In this document: positions 41,235 to 49,006 of the stretch, piece after piece
Layout of the letters: the number at the start of each line of letters is the position of its first letter
Position numbering within the stretch: the first letter of the stretch is position 1
NCBI GenBank assembly: GCA_963739455.1
Contig: CAVUAK010000001.1
Location: 192,001-256,000 of the forward strand
DNA length: 64,000 nucleotides
Direction of reading: 5' to 3'
Source of the DNA: an uncultured Gemmatimonadales bacterium
Lineage (GTDB): Bacteria; Gemmatimonadota; Gemmatimonadetes; Gemmatimonadales; GWC2-71-9
Program-made: the position numbers and the translations under genes
Notes under the pieces: model-generated
Seen by the model: only the letters and a program-made list of their open reading frames with translations
Databases searched by the model: none
What the model was told of the DNA's origin: nothing

Positions 41235-43043
41235 GTGCACAGTCACTCCCTCCGCCCGGTGCTGTTGTCGCTGGCCTGCGCCCTCTCGGCAGGTTGCGAG
41301 GCAACGACGCCGGCGGCGGGAAGCAGTACTCCGCAGGCCAACATCGCGGCGCAGGCCTTTTATCAGGCCGGCCTCGATTCCCTCGCTGTCCGTACTTCCG
41401 CACTGATCATCGCCATCGACGCCATCGATGGCTCGCCTGCCCGGGCCGACTCGGCCCGGCAGGCGTTTGTTCAGGCTCGCAACTCGTACAAGCGCATCGA
41501 GGCCCAGGCTGAGTACTACTCTGCTACGGCAGTGGAGCCGGTCAACGGTCCCTCGCTCGAGGCGGAGGAAGAAGACGATCCCCGGCTCAGCGTGGCGGCC
41601 GATGGCTTCCAGGGCGTCGAGGAAGGACTGTACCCGGAGGTAGACCCGGCCCGGCGCGATTCGCTGCTGAAGATTGCCGCGATGCTTCAGGCCCAGCTCC
41701 CTACGCTCAAGGAGTACGGCCGCCGCGTCTACATGACCGACGCCACGCTCCTCGATGCGATGCGCCAGGAACTGGTGCGCATCCAGGTACTCACCCTGTC
41801 CGGCTTTGATTCACCACTGGCGCAGCATGGGCTGGAGGAAGCAGTCGCGGCCCTCTCGGGACTTCGCGATCTCGCCTGGCTGGTGGCACCCAACGTCGCG
41901 ACAAATGAGCGTGCCGCCTTCCTCCTGGAGCTGGAGCGCACTGCACGCGCCCTCGAGGGCAGCGACTGGGACCGCTTCGACCGGCTGGGGTTCTACCGCG
42001 AGCGCGTCCCGCCACTCTCAACCGCGCTGGCGCAGTTCCGGATCGCGGCCCGCATCCCATCGCCGCCCGACGCCCGCATCTGGCGCGCAGAGGCCTCGTC
42101 GGTGTTCGAGGCTGGTGCCTTCGATCCCTACGCGCCTTCCGAGCAATGGGTGGGACGTCCCGACTCGGCCCGCATCGCCGAGGGCCGCCGGCTGTTCTTC
42201 GATGCCCGCATGTCCGGCAGCGGCGCGCGAAGCTGCAGCACCTGTCACCAGCCCGGGCGCGCCTTCACCGATGGTCTCGCGCGCAGTGCACCGCTCGCGA
42301 CATCGCCTCATGCCGTCCTGCGAAACGCGCCCACTCTCATCAACAGCGGACTGCAGACGTCGAACTTCTACGACCTGCGCACTGAGACCCTCGAAGGACA
42401 GGTCGGCGAGGTGGTGAGAAACCGGGATGAGATGCACGGCGATCCCCAGGTCAGCAGCGATACTCGGCAGGCGATCGCCGCGTACGTGCGCTCGCTCACT
42501 TCACTCAACAGCCGCTTCGATCGCTATGTCCGGGGAGAAGATGTGGAGTACACCGCCGAGGAACGCCTCGGCTTCAATCTCTTCATGGGCAAGGGCCTCT
42601 GCGGGACCTGTCACTTCGCACCACTCTTCAATGGCACCGTGCCTCCCGCCTACACCCAGACCGAGTCGGAAGTCATCGGCGTGCCGTCACGTGCGCAGAC
42701 GCGGAACGCCACCATCGACCCCGATCTGGGCCGGATCGCCATTACCCGACGTCCCACGCAGAAGCACGCGTTCAAGACCCCGACGCTTCGCAACGTCGAA
42801 CTCACCGCACCCTATATGCACAATGGGGTTTATCGAACGCTGGAGGAGGTCCTGGACTTCTACAATCGAGGCGGGGGGGTGGGGATCGGAAGCCAGGTAC
42901 CTAACCAGACACTGCCCTTCGACAAGCTGGACCTCACAATCGCAGAGCAGCGCGCGATCATCGCCTTCCTTCGCACACTGACCGACACCACTGGGCTCGG
43001 AGGCAACCTCAAGGTCGTCACTGTCGCGACAACAAAACAGTGA
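41235..43043 (+). CDS. Di-haem cytochrome c peroxidase/MauG-family protein with imelysin-like N-terminal helical domain, lipoprotein
   Basis: SAGC lipobox; ARQAF..AR..YKRIE; CSTCH and CGTCH haem sites; RNAPTL, FKTPTLRNV.LTAPYMHNG. Confidence 0.88.
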   Translation: MHSHSLRPVLLSLACALSAGCEATTPAAGSSTPQANIAAQAFYQAGLDSLAVRTSALIIAIDAIDGSPARADSARQAFVQARNSYKRIEAQAEYYSATAVEPVNGPSLEAEEEDDPRLSVAADGFQGVEEGLYPEVDPARRDSLLKIAAMLQAQLPTLKEYGRRVYMTDATLLDAMRQELVRIQVLTLSGFDSPLAQHGLEEAVAALSGLRDLAWLVAPNVATNERAAFLLELERTARALEGSDWDRFDRLGFYRERVPPLSTALAQFRIAARIPSPPDARIWRAEASSVFEAGAFDPYAPSEQWVGRPDSARIAEGRRLFFDARMSGSGARSCSTCHQPGRAFTDGLARSAPLATSPHAVLRNAPTLINSGLQTSNFYDLRTETLEGQVGEVVRNRDEMHGDPQVSSDTRQAIAAYVRSLTSLNSRFDRYVRGEDVEYTAEERLGFNLFMGKGLCGTCHFAPLFNGTVPPAYTQTESEVIGVPSRAQTRNATIDPDLGRIAITRRPTQKHAFKTPTLRNVELTAPYMHNGVYRTLEEVLDFYNRGGGVGIGSQVPNQTLPFDKLDLTIAEQRAIIAFLRTLTDTTGLGGNLKVVTVATTKQ

Positions 43044-43343
43044 TCAGCGCGTGGAATTTTCGCGGCGCGGCTTGGAGCTGTGATGTAACTGCTTTGGCAT
43101 CGCTAGGTTGCGCGGCCCATGATCCGAGTTCAATCCCCACCATTCGATCGGCTCCGCCCACAGCGCGGCATACGTGCGGGCCAAGCGGATCGCCGATTCC
43201 GTCGAATAGGGCTCGCGGATCTCTTCGATCGTACCGGTCCGCGTTCCGCGCACAACGATGCCCTCGGGGAACCACTCGTCTGTAAGCATCGCCGATACTG
43301 CAGCCCGGGACTGCGTTCGTCCAGTAGCCCCGATGTAACACTC

Positions 43344-43364
43344 CCCTGTTCCCTGTTCCCTGTT
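43344..43364. repeat. Heptamer (CCCTGTT)x3
   Basis: Read directly; abuts the stop of the 43365-43925 gene. Confidence 0.8.
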
Positions 43365-43925
43365 CTACTGCCCCACCTTCGGCATGCTTGGAAGCGGCGC
43401 AATGGCCTCGGACGCCGGGGGCGCCGGCGGACGGGCCATCGCCGTCGTACCGGTGGACCGAACCCGGCGTGGGGCAGCCTCGTGCAATGCGCTGGTGACG
43501 GCCGGCCGGTGTTGCATCGCCGTCACCGAGTCACGCAGGTGACTCACCTCTATCGAGAGCGAGTCGTACCGCAGGCGAGCCGCCGCCAGCTCGACCGCCA
43601 CCGTCGAGTCGGCTTGTCCATGCTCTTTCCGGCCCGGACGCCCGGCCACCATGCCGATGGCGAACAGGCCCGCAGCCGCAAACGCCAGAGGCACGCCTGG
43701 CCACGTGGTGAGGCCATCGAGCGGTCCTGGCTTGTCCTCGTACAGCTCACCGAACATCGGGCGCACGTCGGCGGTCCGCTTGGTGCTGGGGGCTGCCTTC
43801 GGCGTGAGTGCCCGCAGTTCCTCCAGTTCGACGCGCATGCGTGCTGACTGTCGCGCAATCTGTACGACAGCGATCACGCTCGCCGCGATGGCAGCGACCC
43901 AGAGAAGGAGACTGAAGAGATTCAT
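43365..43925 (-). CDS. Hypothetical protein with two TM helices and a coiled coil
   Basis: MNLFSLLLWV start, two hydrophobic stretches and a Pro-rich tail. Confidence 0.6.
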   Translation of the reverse strand: MNLFSLLLWVAAIAASVIAVVQIARQSARMRVELEELRALTPKAAPSTKRTADVRPMFGELYEDKPGPLDGLTTWPGVPLAFAAAGLFAIGMVAGRPGRKEHGQADSTVAVELAAARLRYDSLSIEVSHLRDSVTAMQHRPAVTSALHEAAPRRVRSTGTTAMARPPAPPASEAIAPLPSMPKVGQ

Positions 43926-44043
43926 GACTCGTCCATGTCGGGAGGCCTGAAACAGCCCACCCCACAATTGACAGCCACTTCGTCACGGGAACATCGCCGC
44001 CAAGTCACACACGCATCCCACCCCAGCTGTTCCCTGGTCCGGC

Positions 44044-45150
44044 CTACGCCCTCCGCATCAGCGAAAGCACCAGCTCACTGAGGATGAGCAACACGATGAT
44101 GATCTCGAGCGCTTGCGACCGCGCCGCCACCGCCATGTCGTTCAGTGCCTCGGCCATGGTGCGGGCCAGCATCAGCTTGCGCTCCACACTCTGCCGCCAT
44201 GCCGGTTCATTCATCACGTCGAGGACAGCCCGGTAAATCCTCGCCAGGTAGATGTCATCAGTAATGCGCAGCGCGTTGGTTGCCTGCTCGATCAGGCGCG
44301 AGGTCTTTGCGGTGAGCTGGTGGACTTCCGTCACCAGCCGCTGCGAGCGGCGCGCGAACAGCGCGCCCGGGCCTACACCCATCGCCGTGGCACGGGCTTC
44401 GAGTTGCGGGACCCGGCTTTCCAGGATCGCATCGTACACTTCGAGTTCCAGCAGCTGCGCATTGGCAAACTCGATCAGGAGCTCGACGTCGTGGTCGGTG
44501 GCGTCCGGCTCCACCACAAGAGCGGCGTCGTAGGCAACGATGGTGCGGTCCAGCTGCGTGTATCGAAAGTCTCGCCCGAGCAGGCTCTCGCGCGCCGCCG
44601 GCGCCAGCGCCCGCGGCTCGCCGAGCAGAAGGCGTGGGATATCCGATTCGCCAAAGTCCCCCTCTGGTTCGCGGCTGAGCCGCAGGATGGCATACTCCTC
44701 GTTCACCGGGCTTCGATCCGGCTCCTGGATCGCCGGACCCAGCAATGACTCCACGCTGCTCACGAGCGGATCACTCCAACCCCGTGTGTCAGCCCCGTGG
44801 ATCATGTCGGCAATCACGGGTACGAGCTCCGCCCAGCTCTGCTCCGGTTTCCAGGTCAGGATGCGTCGACAGCTCACCACGCCGAAGTCGTAAACCGCGA
44901 CATGCAGCGCCTCCGACCACCCTGAGGGAGCGGCTGCCCCGGATAGGCTGGGCAGCTCCTCCGAGAAGTCGAGAATCAGGGGTGGTACCGGGATCCGGAT
45001 GCTTCCCTTGGCCTCGTTGCGACGCAGCACCGGACGACGACCCGCCCGCCCCGCCGAGCGTATCCGTGCCTCGGCGATCGCAAGATCAATGCGTTCGCCA
45101 ACGTCAACCAGCTGTGTCAGGGTGAGCATTCCCGGCGGGGCGATGGGCAT
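44044..45150 (-). CDS. Conserved hypothetical protein (RMD1/DUF155-like or CorA-like, C-terminal TM helix)
   Basis: YDFGVVS, IEFANAQLLEL..YD..L, DIYLARIY and LEIIIVLLILSEL. Confidence 0.7.
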   Translation of the reverse strand: MPIAPPGMLTLTQLVDVGERIDLAIAEARIRSAGRAGRRPVLRRNEAKGSIRIPVPPLILDFSEELPSLSGAAAPSGWSEALHVAVYDFGVVSCRRILTWKPEQSWAELVPVIADMIHGADTRGWSDPLVSSVESLLGPAIQEPDRSPVNEEYAILRLSREPEGDFGESDIPRLLLGEPRALAPAARESLLGRDFRYTQLDRTIVAYDAALVVEPDATDHDVELLIEFANAQLLELEVYDAILESRVPQLEARATAMGVGPGALFARRSQRLVTEVHQLTAKTSRLIEQATNALRITDDIYLARIYRAVLDVMNEPAWRQSVERKLMLARTMAEALNDMAVAARSQALEIIIVLLILSELVLSLMRRA

Positions 45151-45213
45151 CGTGTACGATAGCCACTCAGCCGAACTTGCGCGCCGGAGCCGAATCACGC
45201 CGCCCGTCATCGG

Positions 45214-45591
45214 CTAGTCGCTCCCACCGATCAGGACTGAGATCTCCATGGGCGAGATGCCCTCGCTCGGGAGGTCGAGCGTGGGCGCGTGACACACGTG
45301 GTTGACCTTGACCCAATACCTGCCGGCCGGCACGTTGCGGATCGTCACCATGTAGGAATGCTCCTCCAGGTTGGCGGCGCTCTCCGCACCCTCGTAGCGC
45401 GCCACCACATGCAGGTTGATCTTCTGCCGATGGCGGTTCGCGTGTGCGCTCAACGCCCATCGGCCCATCCCCACGCTGAGGCTGCCGCGCACCACCACCG
45501 TTCCTGGTCCACCTTCCGCTCCCACACTCGGACGCCCAGTCGCTGCTGCGCCAGTCTGGCTCTGGAACTCCGTCGGAAGCCGGTGCGCCAT
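45214..45591 (-). CDS. Small hypothetical beta-sandwich protein, last gene of the TonB operon
   Basis: TAATG stop/start overlap at 45589-45593; Y.VTIRNVPAGRYWVKV. Confidence 0.6.
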   Translation of the reverse strand: MAHRLPTEFQSQTGAAATGRPSVGAEGGPGTVVVRGSLSVGMGRWALSAHANRHRQKINLHVVARYEGAESAANLEEHSYMVTIRNVPAGRYWVKVNHVCHAPTLDLPSEGISPMEISVLIGGSD

Positions 45592-47696
45592 TACCAGCCC
45601 ACCGTCCAGCCGGTGAACCAGGGAACCACGTTGCCTTCGATCGGGGCACCACCCGTGTAGGTGAGCGTCGGATCGAAGAAGCCGGTGATCGGAATCGGTC
45701 CGCCGGTCGATGCCGCGCTACCGGGCATTGGACGGAAGTCGGGCGTGAGCGTCAGGAAGGGTGCGGCAAGGCCGGGGTTAGTCACGATATTGCCGAGTGA
45801 CGGGGTCAGGGCGTACGCCGCCTCATCGATGCAGTCCACATCGTCTGAGAAGTTGGGCTGTCCCTGGAAGAAGATGCTTGCCCGTACCGTGAGGCTGTCC
45901 GCTGTAAGCGCACAGCCTTGTGCCCCATCGATCTGCAGGCCGGCGCCGGAGGTGCGCAGGATGACCGCATTGCTGATCAACCCGCCGGTGCCGTGGCCAA
46001 GCAGCAGTCCCGGCGCATTCGTCTCCGTCCCCAGCGCGCCAATCACCGTGAGGTTGTAGATCGTCGGATACGTGAGGCGACGCGCCGAAGCGCTTCCGTC
46101 CGCGTTGCTCCCCAGCACCGCTGGACTGGCCGAGGCAGGCTGCTGCACGATCACGTTCTGGGCTCGGCCCTGCCATCCGTTGCTCCACCGGAGCCCGGTG
46201 CCAAGGTTGCCGGTCAGGAGCACCGCCCGGAATTCCGCACGGCCGCCCGACACGTACATCCCGTCACCGAAACTGTTGGCCACCTGGATGGTGTCCATGA
46301 CGGTGCCGCTGCCCACGCCAAGCAGCGACAGGCCCGGCGTGATGACGCCCTCTGCCGTCGCCATGCCGGCATTCTCGATCCTCACGTATCGCAGGGTGCC
46401 ACTGTTGAACCCGTCCTGGCATCCACCGTAGTAGCCAAGGTTCCCCGGCGACGCTTTCTGCGGACAGGGCTCGATCTCGTTTCCACTGCTCATGCCGTCA
46501 TTGTTGAGCACTCCAGGACCGTTGATGTTGAGCCCGCCCCAGCAGCCGGGATGCATTGATGGCGTGCAGCTGAATACCACCGGCTGCAGTCGGGTGCCGA
46601 TCGCGACGATCTTCGCGCCCCGCAGGACGGCCAGCCTGCCGGCGGTCGCGGTCTGCCCCTCGATGCGCGTCCCGGCCTCGATCGTGAGCGTCACACCGTT
46701 CTCCACGCTCACCACGCCATCGAGTTCGTAGACCGTGTCGCGTCGGAGCGTGCGATCCGCACTGATGACGCCGCTGAGTACCGCACGCAGGCCCGGCACC
46801 ACCCGGCCCGGAATCGGTCGTCCCACAATTGGTGCCGGCTGGCCCACCGACGCATTCGCGATCGCAAGGGCATCGAGCAGGTTGATCACGAACGTTCCGT
46901 TCAGCTCCCGGCCCGGCGGATTCGCATCGTCGGGCTCGCCAAGGCCTGGCAGGTTGGCCGGCTCGACGTTGGCCGCTATGACGTTGTCATTGGCCGCATT
47001 GGTGATCAGCGACTGGCTCCCGACGCCAACGTCCGCCGCCGCCAGGGCATCGAGCAGGGTGATGGAGCCGTCCAGCGTCGCGTCGCCGTAGATGGTGCCG
47101 GCGCCGGCCACGAACACGATCGACCTGGCCGGCGCCCGCTCACCGAGTTCCACTGCCCAGGCGTTGATGTCCATCATCCGGCCATCGGACCGCGGCAGTC
47201 CATTGTCCACCTCGGTCCCACCATGCACCACCAGGACGACAAGCCGTCCATCCGCCCCGACGCTCAGCGTCGGGCCCAGCCGCAGCGCGTCCGCGTAGCC
47301 CGGCGCGAGCACCCGGAAGGTCAGGACCACCATCCGCTCGGGGAGTGGCCCCAGCCCGAAAGTGATCAGCCGAAGCCGGGAGGACGGTGAGTCCTGCGTT
47401 GCTGCCATGGTGTAGCTGCCGGGTTCCACGATCTGGCCAGCGTACGCGAGCTGGCGCGAATCGAAGAGCAAGTCGGCTTCGAGCCCGCGCAGCCCACGGT
47501 CGAGGCCCCGCGCGCGAATCGCGACGGCGACCACCGCACCGACCGGCGCGGCGCGATCGGACACGACCACTTCGAGCGCAGGGGCATCCGAGGTGGCGTC
47601 AGGCTCCGGCGGCACATCCCGTCCACAACTCGCGAGTGCTATCGCGAGCAGCAGCGAGGCCAACACGCGCGGCGCGGCCAGCGCAGAATGCCTCAC
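45591..47696 (-). CDS. Lipoprotein: cohesin-like + dockerin-like + beta-helix domain (degenerate paralogue)
   Basis: LASC lipobox; GAVVAVAI..GLEADLLFDSRQLAY; YGDATLDGSITLLDAL...INLLDALAIAN; TLTIEAGT, WGGL.I.G, NSGTLRYVRIENAG, L.L.GVGSGT and W.TGWT. Confidence 0.8.
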   Translation of the reverse strand: MRHSALAAPRVLASLLLAIALASCGRDVPPEPDATSDAPALEVVVSDRAAPVGAVVAVAIRARGLDRGLRGLEADLLFDSRQLAYAGQIVEPGSYTMAATQDSPSSRLRLITFGLGPLPERMVVLTFRVLAPGYADALRLGPTLSVGADGRLVVLVVHGGTEVDNGLPRSDGRMMDINAWAVELGERAPARSIVFVAGAGTIYGDATLDGSITLLDALAAADVGVGSQSLITNAANDNVIAANVEPANLPGLGEPDDANPPGRELNGTFVINLLDALAIANASVGQPAPIVGRPIPGRVVPGLRAVLSGVISADRTLRRDTVYELDGVVSVENGVTLTIEAGTRIEGQTATAGRLAVLRGAKIVAIGTRLQPVVFSCTPSMHPGCWGGLNINGPGVLNNDGMSSGNEIEPCPQKASPGNLGYYGGCQDGFNSGTLRYVRIENAGMATAEGVITPGLSLLGVGSGTVMDTIQVANSFGDGMYVSGGRAEFRAVLLTGNLGTGLRWSNGWQGRAQNVIVQQPASASPAVLGSNADGSASARRLTYPTIYNLTVIGALGTETNAPGLLLGHGTGGLISNAVILRTSGAGLQIDGAQGCALTADSLTVRASIFFQGQPNFSDDVDCIDEAAYALTPSLGNIVTNPGLAAPFLTLTPDFRPMPGSAASTGGPIPITGFFDPTLTYTGGAPIEGNVVPWFTGWTVGW

Positions 47697-48994
47697 TGGA
47701 ACGTGTCCATGTCTTCGATCCGGGTGAAATTGCCCCGCGCATCCACCACATACAGGATGATGCCGTACACGTCGGTGTACGCGATGCTGTTGCCTAGTGG
47801 CAGGTCGGGCACCTGCGTGCCGAGATAGCCGGGTGTGTTGTAGATGCCGATGTCCTGCTTGCCATCGGGCGGGCCCAGGATCCCGTCCCGCAGCACCGCC
47901 GCCACGAAGAAGCCCACCTGGTCGCCCTCCGGATCCGCAACGGAGAAGTGCGTCTTGAGTACGTCTGGGCCGTTCAGCACCGCGTTGAAATCGCTGACAC
48001 CCGGGCGTGATCCCGCCTCGTCCCGGAGCGGCTGCTCCACCGTCACCGACGTATTGCCGAAGTTGTCGTCCACCCGGAGCGAAGCGCAGCGCCCGGCGAG
48101 CTCTGCGTCCGGCAGCCCGACCTCGAACGCCCCGATGATCGTCGCCGAGTCCGCGAACCCCGTGCGCCCATCGAGCAGCCCGCCCCGCACGCGCACACCG
48201 CCAGGCAGCACTGACGCACCGTGGCAGTCCGTGATGTCCCAGTAGTAGTTGGTCAGGTTTCGGTTGGGTGAGGTGACCCGCGCAATGAAGACGCCCGCCC
48301 CGTCATGGTACGATGGGTTGAACGACAGGATGGAGGGACGCTGCGTCGGCGACGAGCAGATGGCGTTGAAGCTGACGTCGGTCCCGCCATCCTCGCTCAC
48401 GGTCACCGTGCGTGACGAACCGCCGTCGTTCACGAAGGTGCAGTTGCTGCTCACGTGCTGCAGCGAGACGGTATACGTGCCTGCCGGAAGCTCAGGGAGC
48501 AGTACCGCGGAGTTTGCGCCGACCACTCCATGTGCCTCGGCGGCGGCCCCACTCACCTGCCACACATACATGCTGTCGTTCGCGACACCAGTGGTGTTGA
48601 CGGTGATGCTCAGCGACGCACCGCACACCACGAAGAACCGGCTCAGTGCCGTGTTGGTGCCCTCCGGAATGACGAGCACATCCGTCGTGCCGTACCGGCT
48701 GCGGCATTGTGTCGGAAGGTCCTGCAGTTCGATCGAGTAGGTTGACGGCGCTACCGAGAGGATGATGGTGTCGGTCGGCGCCGCCGTGATCGTGGTGTCG
48801 AGCATCTTGAGGGTGGAAAGGTCGCGCACGTGATACCGGTACTGTTGTGCCAGCTGGGTACCCTGCGGCTTTGCCACGATGGCCAGGTACGGTGGTCCTG
48901 CCGATGATGGCTCTGCCGCGTTGCTGCACGCAGCAAGTGCCCCGGCTGTGAAAAGCAGCCGGAGCACCCGCCACATACACACTGCCTTGTTCAA
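47693..48994 (-). CDS. Hypothetical lipoprotein with two Cys-bridged Ig-like modules
   Basis: LAAC lipobox; YSIELQDLPTQC...FFVVC and LPAGTYTVSLQHVSSNC...VSFNAIC. Start may be 48976. Confidence 0.75.
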   Translation of the reverse strand: MNKAVCMWRVLRLLFTAGALAACSNAAEPSSAGPPYLAIVAKPQGTQLAQQYRYHVRDLSTLKMLDTTITAAPTDTIILSVAPSTYSIELQDLPTQCRSRYGTTDVLVIPEGTNTALSRFFVVCGASLSITVNTTGVANDSMYVWQVSGAAAEAHGVVGANSAVLLPELPAGTYTVSLQHVSSNCTFVNDGGSSRTVTVSEDGGTDVSFNAICSSPTQRPSILSFNPSYHDGAGVFIARVTSPNRNLTNYYWDITDCHGASVLPGGVRVRGGLLDGRTGFADSATIIGAFEVGLPDAELAGRCASLRVDDNFGNTSVTVEQPLRDEAGSRPGVSDFNAVLNGPDVLKTHFSVADPEGDQVGFFVAAVLRDGILGPPDGKQDIGIYNTPGYLGTQVPDLPLGNSIAYTDVYGIILYVVDARGNFTRIEDMDTFQ

Positions 48995-49006
48995 CTGCGC
49001 ACTACC

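Noticed and set aside
43044..43341. Small minus-strand ORFs (81 and 107 aa) or a tRNA-like stretch (GAGTTCAATCCCC)
   Set aside because: No recognisable motif or RBS and no cloverleaf can be built; could still be a small orphan gene or relic.
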